Assembly: GCA_965644295.1 (NCBI GenBank)
Contig: CBFFRP010000146.1
Span: 434,001-498,000 of the forward strand
Direction: 5' to 3'
Length of the DNA: 64,000 nucleotides
DNA from: Paraphysomonas bandaiensis
Taxonomy: Eukaryota; Protista; Chrysophyceae
Part shown: piece after piece, positions 1 to 10,624 of the stretch
How the letters are laid out: each line of letters opens with the position of its first letter
How positions within the stretch are numbered: position 1 is the stretch's first letter
Notes under the pieces: generated by a model
What the model was told of the DNA's origin: nothing
The model's input: only the letters and a program-made list of their open reading frames with translations
The model's database searches: none
Translations under genes and position numbers: made by a program

Positions 1-228
1 ATCCCTGCAGCTGTTGCTGGTGCTGTCTGGATGTTGTGGATATCTCTATGATGTGGTGACGATAACATGCTGCTGTGGGCGCCTATTAACAGATATAGAG
101 CCTGCGAGACGTGTCTATATCATCCTCCCACAGTGGAGATTGCAATACCTGCTGTTCAACTTCACTCGTAGGGGCCTATCTAATCTATAGTCTATTGATA
201 CATCCCTATTGCTGATATAATCGTTGCA

Positions 229-1902
229 ATGGCTGAGGCAGATTGGGAGCCCGGACTGTTAGATAAAATACTTCGATGTGGAAAAGGAAGCCCGAATATT
301 CGTGCCCTGGCCGGATACCACCTCCTTCGGATAATGCTAGCGATCATGATTGTGCATTCCGGTGTAGTCTTTGCCGGCGTCCTCACTTACGAGGCCTTAA
401 AAGTGAGTGACTGTATTAGTGACGACGACAGCGACGAGTCGTGCTCTGCTGATAAAGACGACGATTCAAATGATAATAGTGATGACTGTCGTCGTCTCTG
501 GGGTCTTATTAAGCCAGATTCTCTTCTGACAGTATTAGCCACTACTGCCGCTGTAGTGCTGGCGTTGTCTTCCATGTTCATGGGCACAATCGCTGATGCA
601 ACGCCTTACAGACGCCAGTTTGGTATAATTGGAACAAGTATGTGTGTAGTTGGTATGGCTCTCTGCACAAGTATACTGCAGCCGAATGAAGTCACCATTG
701 CCATATGTGGCGCCGGACTAGTAATTCACTACATATTTAAAGACTACCATTATATTGTCATAGAGAGTTACACCCCCGAATTATCCCACATTCCAGAGGA
801 AGTATCGACTATACTAAGTGTGACTAGTGTTTGGTTTTATGTCTTTGAGGTTTTAACAATCGTAGTGTGGGTCATAGTTGGCAGTTTTATTGCTGGGTCT
901 CTCTTTGGCTTTGTGGTTACGGTCGTATCTGTAGTTGTTGTCGGATGCTTGATACCAGTGGCGTATTCCCGCCTTCCAGATGTGGCCACTCCGCGGCCTT
1001 TTCCTCCTGGCACCTCGATAGTTTCATACACTCTTTCTCGTCAGGTGGAGATATTTTCAGAAATTTGCACAAAGTACCCTGACTTCGGCATCGTGTTACT
1101 GGCGAATATGATATACGATCCCGCACTTTCAGCTCTATTTGTGGCTGCCATACAGGTCCTCGTATCGAAATATCACTTCACCGCGTCGGATATACCCATC
1201 ATTCTTGGAGTAGCTATTATTAGTGCGATAGTTGGAGCCTACTTTGCCCGATGTGTATCATATGCCCCGGATTCATCTTGCCCGCCGAGTTCACTCTTAG
1301 TTAGGCAGAGCTCATTTCATTTGGACGCCAAATCGGGGAACGATACAGCTGTAAAACTATCATCAGAAGCTAAATTAGTGCAGTCTGTATCCAAGCATCC
1401 TAAGCGACTGAAGTGGTCCATTGTCATCGGTCTCATAGTAGTCACGGGCATTACAATATGTGGAACCTTTTTCTTAGTCCCGTGCGCTCTGGGTCTGGCT
1501 TGCTGGTTTGGTGCGATGTGGGGTATGTCACTCGCTTTCTGTTGGACATGTAGTAGCATTCTCCGCTCTGCGCTTGTTCCTGGAGGCTCTGAGGCTGAGT
1601 ACGCCGGGATCCTTTATACCACAACCAATGCCGTAAATTGGCTTCCGCTACTTATATTCTCTATTGCCAACGAAGTGTGGACAATAGAAGGGGCGATGCT
1701 CACTCTTGTATTGTTTTACCTAGCTGGGGGACTCGTGTTGGCGGCTGCCGATACGGATAGAGCTCTAAATGCAACTGTGGGCTCCTTGGAATTAAGACGA
1801 TGGGCGAATAAGGAATCGGCTTACTGGCTCAACAACATTGTCAAGGAAAACACGACTTGTGATACTCAATTAAATGATCACGTTGTCGACATAGAATTGT
1901 AG
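229..1902 (+). CDS. MFS transporter, ATG22/UMF1-like, intronless
   Basis: 557-aa ORF with about 12 hydrophobic segments in two bundles and an MFS motif-A-like loop (MGTIADATPYRRQF). Confidence 0.75.
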   Translation: MAEADWEPGLLDKILRCGKGSPNIRALAGYHLLRIMLAIMIVHSGVVFAGVLTYEALKVSDCISDDDSDESCSADKDDDSNDNSDDCRRLWGLIKPDSLLTVLATTAAVVLALSSMFMGTIADATPYRRQFGIIGTSMCVVGMALCTSILQPNEVTIAICGAGLVIHYIFKDYHYIVIESYTPELSHIPEEVSTILSVTSVWFYVFEVLTIVVWVIVGSFIAGSLFGFVVTVVSVVVVGCLIPVAYSRLPDVATPRPFPPGTSIVSYTLSRQVEIFSEICTKYPDFGIVLLANMIYDPALSALFVAAIQVLVSKYHFTASDIPIILGVAIISAIVGAYFARCVSYAPDSSCPPSSLLVRQSSFHLDAKSGNDTAVKLSSEAKLVQSVSKHPKRLKWSIVIGLIVVTGITICGTFFLVPCALGLACWFGAMWGMSLAFCWTCSSILRSALVPGGSEAEYAGILYTTTNAVNWLPLLIFSIANEVWTIEGAMLTLVLFYLAGGLVLAAADTDRALNATVGSLELRRWANKESAYWLNNIVKENTTCDTQLNDHVVDIEL

Positions 1903-2525
1903 TTGTGATTCATATTCAGATATTCGATCTTACTAGTGTTGTGTCTAGTGCAACTCCAGTAGTTTCTACTTGATATATTTTCATTTGTTATAGAGTTTTC
2001 TTTTGCATTTGTTTCGCAATATCAGAGGAGTACGTCTCTGGTTAGCTTAACATTGATGCGTATATTATGGACAACAACATGAATGTATCTATTAGATTCT
2101 CTTACTGGAAAATGTGCGTAAATTGCTCTGTATTTTAGGTTCTAAGTAAGTAGTATCAAATTAAATGAAACATGAGTTGATAATCAGGGAGAGGGTAGTA
2201 AGATGGTAAAGGCTACCTAATTAACTGAACGCAATTCACACTCCACGCTTTAATTATAAGTTAGTAACAATGTAATCAGTATCACTTATCATTCATTCCT
2301 CATCGTTATCGCTACTAGCAATCATTTTCATAAGATCTTAGATATATCACGATCTTATACGGTCAATATATTTCAGTTTCACTACTTAGAAATATTACTC
2401 TCAAGACATTAGTCCTCATAATTCAGCTAACTACTTCTGTATTCTTCCATTATAATCTAGTATCATTCTTCTCACAGTTCGTCAAAGAAAATTTCATGTC
2501 TGCTTGAATTTTTCCTTTGTCAAAA

Positions 2526-3452
2526 TGTAGTGAATGCCTGACTATTAGCAAAATAGGCGTCTAAGAGTCAGAACTAGTGCCGCAAAACAATATAACTAAC
2601 TAGTACTTAACTATAATATCCTACTATATCGCGCTACGAAAGCTGTTTGTGCGTCATCGCACTTTCGCTATCTATCCTTATGATGGTGAACAGCCCAGAT
2701 GGTTGACTTCAGTAGGCAGCCCAATACCCTGGATGGCTATTTATTACTCAAGGCTCAAAGACGTCTACACAAGTGACACTTATATTGGTGTCCCTTGTAG
2801 TGAATGTCTGATTATTTAGCAATAGGCGTTGAGACCTTGCATCAATTAGTGGCTAGAAGAATGCTAGTCATACTAGTTAGACCACTACCCGTAACTAATC
2901 AATACAAACTCTTTTATCCTACTATTTAACGCTACGAAAGCTGCTTGTGCGTCGCCGCAAGCACCAAGGTGCAACCACTTCCGTTCTTTTTGTGTGATAT
3001 GAAATTCGCCTTTATCGTGTGTCCGTGGACTCACCGGCGCTTTTGATCTGGGGGTCTCCCTTTGGGATGGGTCTCCATTGGTTTTGGAGGGGGCTCAGCA
3101 TTCTGAATTAGGGTCCTGAGTGCACCTAGTTCCAGATGTGTGGGTTGGGAGTGGTGGGGATTGTTGGGAGGAGGAGTTGGGTTTGTAGTATGTGTTACTG
3201 TGCTCCTGTGGGGCCGCGGGTGTAGATAGAGTTGTCGAAGCCGTCGGCGTTGTGGAGGTCTGGGCAGTCCAGTGCTCTGTCGGGTAGGACCTGTGAGGTG
3301 TGGACTAGTGTCCCTTGTACCACACAATCATTCTGCTATATGAGTGTGTAGAACAATATCTGCTGGCTATAAATACGTCTCATGTTAGTTTCCCAGCGAA
3401 ATATCTCCGGTACTTATCCCCCAAAACACCACGAAAAGGTGCGAGTCCGACT
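2526..3452 (+). repeat. Nested copies of the LTR-like dispersed repeat (2526-2799, 2796-2985, 3306-3452), interrupted by a foreign GC-rich fragment
   Basis: Starts TGTAGTGAATG at 2526 and 2796. Shares blocks GCTACGAAAGCTG, GACTTCAGTAGGCAGCCCAATACC, GTGTCCCTTGTA and end block AAAAGGTGCGAGTCCGACT with other copies. Confidence 0.85.
2990..3305 (-). mobile_element. GC-rich Pro/Arg-rich coding fragment, possibly a non-LTR retrotransposon piece
   Basis: Abrupt composition change inside the repeat; open frame ending PPPKPMETHPKGRPPDQKRR; no diagnostic catalytic motif. Confidence 0.3.
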
Positions 3453-3515
3453 GTAATATCTTTGCTTTTTATCCTTCGTATACTCTGTGCGCAATGCTTG
3501 TATAGGAATAGTGTT

Positions 3516-3676
3516 CCCATATTATAGCCCTCAACAAAGTCGGGTTCGCACCTTTTTGTGGTGTTCTGAGAGATAAGTACCAGAGATATTATTTTTCCGG
3601 GAAACTAAAGTGAGATATATTATATAGTCAGCAGATATTGTTCTGCCCAGTCATATAACTGAATGCTTGTGTGGTA
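3516..3676 (-). repeat. 3' portion of the LTR-like repeat, inverted relative to 3315-3452
   Basis: Reverse complement reads ACCACACAAGCATTC...CAGAACACCACAAAAAGGTGCGAACCCGACT. Confidence 0.85.
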
Positions 3677-4120
3677 ATACCATAATAAAGATGGTTATTC
3701 ATGAACAATATAAATTAATTTAGAAGCTTTCGATTTGTAGTAGCTACTATATACAATAACGATATACTGACTACAATATATTGTGAGCTAGCAGTAAAAA
3801 TATTGATGAAATATTTGCCTTTTGATTATCAGTTTATTTTACAATATATGCTCTCTAGTCCTGTTCTCTTGTAAATCTATACTTATGTGAAGTGTGCACT
3901 GGACTTAATAACATAAAAGAAACTGGACTTTATCCGGTTAATTTCTTCTTACATCATAAACGATCAAATAGAAATGTCTACATTTCGAAAATGGTAATAT
4001 GAGTGCACTACCAACTACTTACAAGAGCATATTTTATACAATCATAAGTAAACCCAATATTTTATCGCCTGTCATAGCTCAGACATGAATATCGATAGTA
4101 TCGTCATATAAAGCTCTACG

Positions 4121-5509
4121 TTATTGTTCTTCAGTTTGCTCAAAGGAGTCGCATTTCGAATAGAGAATGGGTGTTTTGTCCAAAAGGGATATAACCGGAG
4201 GCCCTTCATCTCCTGAATACATCCTCCGTATTCCAGTACAGTGTGCCAGACTTTGCGCCAGTAGCTTTCCTTCCGTTCCTTTGATAGCTGCTACTTCAGG
4301 AAGAATGTACGTCCAGAACACATCAAAAGTAATACGTTTACCAAAGAGAACTCCCTCTGCAAATGTGTTGCTGACTGGGTCAAAAAAGTGTGCGACTATG
4401 CGTCGGAATATATGCCTGGCGTCTGCCGATGTAAAATCTATCGGTGGATCAAAAGGAATCAATGCAGTATCATAGCACAATCTCACGAAGTCATGGTTAG
4501 TCATTTCTCCAGTCGGTGCAAAGCGCATGAACGTTTTCTCACATGCATCCTTCAAGGTTTGATCGACGCCGCCTGCAACATTTTGTTCCTCTTCCTCCTT
4601 GGCGCAATTCGTTGGAGTTTGTTCAGGTGACCTCGCCGTGTCAATTAATAGTGGCTTTTGAATAGTCTGTGGCGTCTTCGGTGTCATTTTCATTGGACTA
4701 CGCACAGGACTACTTCCAGTTTCAGCTCGATGTCGATAAACCAATTGAATGCGAGCAAGATTCATGCGGAGTTCCTCGCGATTAAGTTCCCGACTGACGC
4801 TTCTAGTAACAGCTGGATTTGGAGATTTGATTGGAGATGGGCACTGCTGAATTCGTCGAACTTCGTTCTCACGACGAACGCGCACCTGGGCGAGCATGCG
4901 TCGAATCATACACTGTATAGATACTGCAGCGCTGTTGCGATAGCTCTCCATTTCCTCAGTGCTGGGATCTTCACATATGGTGTGATCTGTCACACTACCA
5001 TCGTCACCCTCAATTGCTTCAACCCAACATAGTTTGTTGACCATTTCATCAACACTTAGACCTTTGGACTGGGCAATTTCTGGGATCAATTCGAAACGAA
5101 ATATCATATAGTTAACTATGGGAATGTTGTTCGAAGCAAGAACAGACGTTCTTTTGAATAAGTTATCGACATCGTGAATTTTGAAATCTTTTTTAGAGAC
5201 TATTTTCGTACGACGACAAAATGATATGAAGAGTTCACGATTCATTTCACCTCGACAAAAGGACAAAAAGAGCTGTAATAGTTCTCGTTCGCATACATCT
5301 GACGTAACAATCATAAACTTCTCACAATTAACTCCACTTTCTCGTTCTCTCATACTTTTGTATAGTATTTCTGGTGTCAGCTCCAATGCTTTTTCTTCTA
5401 TTGTGAACTTGGATTCATTGTTCACACAGAGCTCCCTGATGTCCTTCTCAGATAGATTAGTAACCGAATCCTTCGCCACTGCCTTATTAACAGAACCTGA
5501 TGCTCCCAT
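4121..5509 (-). CDS. Protein with two p25-alpha (TPPP-like) domains, an IQ motif and an N-myristoylation signal
   Basis: MGASGS start; GEMNRELFISFCRRTKIV...HDVDNLF and GEMTNHDFVRLCYDTALI...FTSADARHIF...KRITFDVF match the p25-alpha pattern; IQ motif AAVSIQCMIRRMLAQ. Confidence 0.7.
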   Translation of the reverse strand: MGASGSVNKAVAKDSVTNLSEKDIRELCVNNESKFTIEEKALELTPEILYKSMRERESGVNCEKFMIVTSDVCERELLQLFLSFCRGEMNRELFISFCRRTKIVSKKDFKIHDVDNLFKRTSVLASNNIPIVNYMIFRFELIPEIAQSKGLSVDEMVNKLCWVEAIEGDDGSVTDHTICEDPSTEEMESYRNSAAVSIQCMIRRMLAQVRVRRENEVRRIQQCPSPIKSPNPAVTRSVSRELNREELRMNLARIQLVYRHRAETGSSPVRSPMKMTPKTPQTIQKPLLIDTARSPEQTPTNCAKEEEEQNVAGGVDQTLKDACEKTFMRFAPTGEMTNHDFVRLCYDTALIPFDPPIDFTSADARHIFRRIVAHFFDPVSNTFAEGVLFGKRITFDVFWTYILPEVAAIKGTEGKLLAQSLAHCTGIRRMYSGDEGPPVISLLDKTPILYSKCDSFEQTEEQ

Positions 5510-5938
5510 TGTAAATTGAATAGGTTATAATAATCGAATCCTAAGTAAATATTTCAGTTCAAGTAACATGAAGGGGGGTCTGATACAGGCTCTTCGCAAT
5601 GATATATCAGGCTCAGCTCCAGCTCTAGTTTTGATATCTAAAGTTGAATATGAGCTATTTTGTTTCCTATCGGTTCCTGTGACTCAATCAGTCGTTTGCT
5701 AGAGATTGATCAGTCCAATAACTGTCTTCTTCTTAACGAGTATGTTGTTATCTTGTTGTGCTGGTGTACACATACATACCGCCACATCACATACATTCTT
5801 CAACGGCTCGAAGCCTGCTGATGATGATGTCACTCCCGAATTTCAGTGCCGTATTTCGCAGTATAAAGCGCTGCTGTACTTGTCCGCATACAGAAGTGGA
5901 ACACCAGGAATACGGAGAAAACACATGTGTGCTGTGGT

Positions 5939-8900
5939 CTGTAGGAAGGCAGGTATCTATTATGGCCGTTTTTTTTGCACTTTTCAGATGCACTTAAAAT
6001 AACACTCAATGCATGTCTGATTGCAGTGAAAGCATCATTGGAAACGTAATGATTTTACCCATATTTCATTCTAAGTGACGAACTGCACTCATAATCTGAA
6101 TCTTTTGATATTCATCCTCAAAGTGAGCGCCTTAAGAGATTTTTGACCTCATTTCAGTTTTTGGTTTTTCAAAATGGCCGTTTTTTCCCTCTCAGATGAC
6201 TGCAAATCACAGTCACTTTAATTAAATTGGAGTATTTGGAGATGGTCATTGCTCATAGCGGCCATGTGGCGATACAGGTAGACTAAATTCATAGTGCTTG
6301 ACACGATGGTGCTCTTACTTTCAACTGATTCGCAGTATTTATGGTGATAAGTTCTGGTTGGGGAAAGGGGTCGATTTCGATACGCCGGCCCACCACACCT
6401 GCGAATGACCTCAACTGACCTGTAGATATACACTCAACTATTGCTCATTATATGCGCAATTCTATCAGCACACTAATTTGAGTATATGCTCTCCTCTGCG
6501 GCATTGTGCATCAAATTTCTGAAATAAGCGTGTGTTTAGATTAGCCAGACGATGACTCTAATGCTGCTCCTCTGGAGCGAAATGGAGGCTCTGGTGAATT
6601 GAGGAGGAAAGGGGGAGGACTCTGGAGCTATTTAGGGCTCAGGGTGACGCCCGGATTGAAAGTTCACTATTCTACAGGGGTCAGGGTGAGGCATGTGGAA
6701 CAGCACATGTAGACAGTGAAATTCATTGCACGGGGCTCTGCACGCAGTGGAACGTAGAGGGATCCATGTTGACGCAGCCCACCAGTGATCCTTGGCCGAA
6801 TGTTATTGGAACTGTGGATGTGGTCAAACCAACTGGCGCTTCCCCCGTCATGACTGATTGCTGTCCTAAACTTTTCAATGGTTGAACACCCAGACTCATA
6901 GTGGGTCGACTATTGATCCATGGGACATAAGGTACCCCTCTAGAGGAACAGCGGGAGCTCAGCAATAGCTTGCACTGGATAAAGGGCAGAGGGAACCTGG
7001 CCACCTCAGTATTCATACGATTCATAGTACTAAATCTTGCTTTCCAAATATATGTCATTGATGTCGAGTAGTACAGGAGCACTACAAGTGCTAGATTAAC
7101 TAAATTATTATTTTGAATTGTTTTTGTTCTCTTGTATATTCACTAATATATATTATTTCTACTACTTAATTTATATTATGTTACACCCATTGAGATTTAC
7201 TTAAAATCGGATATTGACTATGTAGTTGAGGGTGGCTTAGTTTGGTCAACAAGAAGAAGTATGTAGCCATCAGTGTTGAACTTTATTACTTTCATTCACC
7301 TCGTAATTAAATTTCACACTGGAGAAAAAAATATTAAAAATCCAAAACAAAAACGATGCTACGTAAAATCATACATACGACAGAGTTAAAGTAGATACGA
7401 ATATGTACTGCTGGTTTGTGGTATGTATGCGTTGACTTTGCATGAGCTGAAGTGATTACAATTGTATGCACTTTATCATGCGAAACATCCAAAGAAAATA
7501 AAGGACCGACCAGAAGGTCAAAGAAAATAAAGGACCAAGTGGGGTCAAAACAAAATAAGAGACTCGCAAGTACGCGATTAAATAGCAAGTAACCTACGCC
7601 GCATCGATAGGCTCTCGGTCTGATTCCGATACATAAACCTCCTCTCTCTCCCTCTCCACTCCCCCGTGCAGCTGTCTCAACTTGTCAGACATCGGACCTT
7701 CGAGCTTGGCTATGAGGTAGGCCTTCGTGCCAACCTTTAGCTCAGGATCAATAGGAGTCGTTGCCTTAGGAAGGACATTTAGTGCTGCCCTCAGAGCATC
7801 ATTATTGGCCGTGCGCCAGTCATATTGCTGGTCGCGCACACGGAGTAGAAGGGCATCCACGGTCTCAACATGTCGGTGATATTCTTCCATCTGGCGGCGC
7901 TCCTTTTCGTCCTTACGGCGCTCTTTAGCCTGTCGCTCTTCCTCCCTCCGAGCCATGTAGGCCTCAATACGCTCGGCCGTTGACAGCACTGCACAGTGCC
8001 CCGTAGTGGTGTTGGGCATACCACCCCTCTCGTCCACCCCTCCCCCCTCCCTTTCTGCATCCTGACCCCTCACCTCATTCTCTAGGGCAACGTCCAATAC
8101 ACTTAACGCACCGCGGGGAATTGAGGCTTTCTTGTATCGGGCCTCCTCTGCCCTCGCTTGGGCCTGTTCACGTGCCGGAGCGAGAAAACTAGACTGGAAG
8201 AACTGTGCCGAAATACTACTAATAAGCACGCAATAGTTAATATCCCCAGGCTTGACCTCCTGGTAACGAACCCGCTTCATATTTGGGTTCTCCTCGCTGG
8301 GCTCCATGAGAGCGACTGGTCTGGGTGCCGAAAGCACCGATGCCTTACGGTCCATGTCCCGTTCATCCACATCATACACACCAGAGATAATACTATTAGA
8401 TGTCACCTTGTCTCTATGAACCTCGGCCACCTCCTCTCCCTCCAAGGGATCAACTAAAGGCCAAGTCAACGTCTTAGCAAAGGCATGCTTGATGCAACCA
8501 GGTAGCGTGGGGTCAGAGGTAAACTCATTCCATGCCTGATTGATTATTTCGTTGAAGTGAAAAACAATCATAGGCTCTCCTGGGTTTCTGTGCTTCCACC
8601 AGGAAAAGCACCTCCGATAGGCAGCTTTAAGCTTGGCATTGGGCCCGTTATCGATGGGGGCGTCATTAACAGAGTTGTTAGCACAGAGGAAATTGATATA
8701 CACTTTATGAGAAATAGCGTGCCGGATAGAGTTGGGGTCAAAGTGTGAGCTATGTCCATCAATGTAGACCCACTTAGCCCTGCCTGACGCTGACATCTCC
8801 GATACAGCTATTCGAAAGGTATTCCGGTCAGCATATCCCGACGGAGTAGAATCCACATGAAACGTGGGGTCGAGGTTGAGGTGCAAATGTCCCCTCATCG

Positions 8901-10355
8901 CCTCGCCATCACCACCCTGGTGAATGATGATGGGTCTTGTTGTCGACCCATCCGGGCGAATACCATACAGAAGTGTTACCCAGAAGGATGTATGCTCACC
9001 GTGTCTTGCAGAGAATCGCCTTTCCCTCCGCTCCTGGAAGAGTTTGAAGGTAGGGAAGGCGTGCCCCCAAGGGTCAAAGCCAATTTCGTCCCAGTTCTCG
9101 ATATCCTCCAGGTCTGGCCCATAAGACGGGAAGATCCCTTTCTCTATACACTCCCTGAGATGCTGTATGAACTTACGGGCCATAGTACTCGCCCGTGTCG
9201 GGCAGGCCGCTGCTGCCCGCTTGTAGGAAAGGTCAGATTTCTTCGTCAAAGCGGGCAAACAATTTTCACCAAGGTCAAAAGTGCACGACTTGAGAAAGTT
9301 GTCTCGAATAAAGGTTTTACTGCATTTTGCATGATCAAGGCGTACCGACTCCGGGGTGTCCTCGCCTCCATTGGCAGTGCGTATAGCACTGGCATGGGCG
9401 CGGCAATATTCCCTGGCTAGGGCTTGCATCTGGGCATTGCTATATCTGCACAAACAATTACAAATCGTACACTGTATGCCATCATACACATCATACACTT
9501 TCATGTACATACCCATATCCAGCTTTATCTTGAAGGTCCATCTTCGTAGCCATTACATCCCGATCCGCAATGGAGTAGAGCAAAGCTTTAGGACCAGACA
9601 GGGAGTAATCCAGCTCCATGATGGCCTCCCGCAACACAGAATGGTTCGTTGAATCGTTCCGAAACACATTGAACTCCTTCGTGGTGAGTCCATACAACTC
9701 CCTGATGGCGTTCATGTCCCGCCCCTGGGTGCGGATAGAGACACCGTACTCCGTGAGAACATATTCAGCGCTCTTGCCATCTATTACCCTGGCAATAAGT
9801 CCTGCCCTACGCTCCTCAACGGTATATACTTTGTAGCCCCGTTTGACGTCTACCTCAGGGATATTAGCGATTGTGTTGAGAATCGACCTTTCAGTCTTCA
9901 TACTGGGGAAGCTGCTCGTCTCTTCCGGCAGATCCGGCAAAGACTCTAACACCAAATTAACCTCTCGCTTGTGAGGTACATTTCCTGGAAGCACACCATA
10001 CTGCTTGGCATGCTTAACCTCAACCAAAACATTTCTTTTTCCCAATGGGGGCAATGTGACTTCGTCCATACGACTGTCAGTATGAGTATGAGTGATTCGG
10101 GGTCGCTGTGGACGTCCTCGCATCATATTCGATCAATTCTGCATGAAAATCAGATCAGACAACGTCATCATGAGCAGTGATTTCTGTTTACACTACCTGA
10201 TATAACTATATATAGTTTAGTTCTTGTGTAAGTATGTGAGGATGGTTTATAGTAAGATTTAAGGTTGTTCTGATGTGATTCAACACATAAAAATCGGCCA
10301 ATTCCGAAAAAAAAAAAAAGTAAACCGGCCATTATAGGTACCTGCCTTCCTACTG
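5939..10355 (-). mobile_element. pogo/Fot-type Tc1-mariner DNA transposon, ~4.4 kb
   Basis: Inverted termini GTAGGAAGGCAGGTATCTATTATGGCCG (5941-5968) and CGGCCATTATAGGTACCTGCCTTCCTAC (10326-10353) with 2 mismatches. TA follows the right end; the left outer bases are eroded. Encloses a DDE transposase. Confidence 0.9.
7594..10126 (-). CDS. DDE_1 (pogo-like) transposase, DD35D, 2 exons (10126-9513, 9445-7594), up to 821 aa
   Basis: Catalytic motifs NWDEIGF, YIDGHSSH and APID, with 35 residues between D2 and D3. A 67-nt GTATGT...TGCAG intron (9512-9446) joins the two listed ORFs in frame (AGYG/YSNAQ). Confidence 0.88.
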
Positions 10356-10459
10356 GTATATGGTATATCATGCATAGTATACACATATACACATATACAG
10401 CAGAGTACTGCTGTAAGATACGCACCGTGGTGGTGTCCGCAGTAGCAGCAGTGATATGG

Positions 10460-10495
10460 ACATATGATACATATGATACATATGATACATATGAC
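10460..10495. repeat. 9-bp tandem repeat (ACATATGAT) x ~4
   Basis: Directly visible. Confidence 0.85.
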
Positions 10496-10624
10496 ATCCA
10501 TAGTCCACTCCTCTCTCCCTTACATGGGCACAATGACACGCCTATCTACCTATATGATCCTAAGCATAGCAGAACAGTGGACACGTGCTAGTCTTCTATC
10601 TTGTTCATATACGACAACAGCAGC

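Noticed and set aside
2526-3676. CRISPR array or hammerhead retrozyme
   Set aside because: No regular repeat-spacer period, no cas genes, and no CTGANGA...GAAA core found in the repeat.
9491-9516. Programmed frameshift or pseudogenisation of the transposase
   Set aside because: Explained by an in-frame GT-AG intron at 9512-9446.
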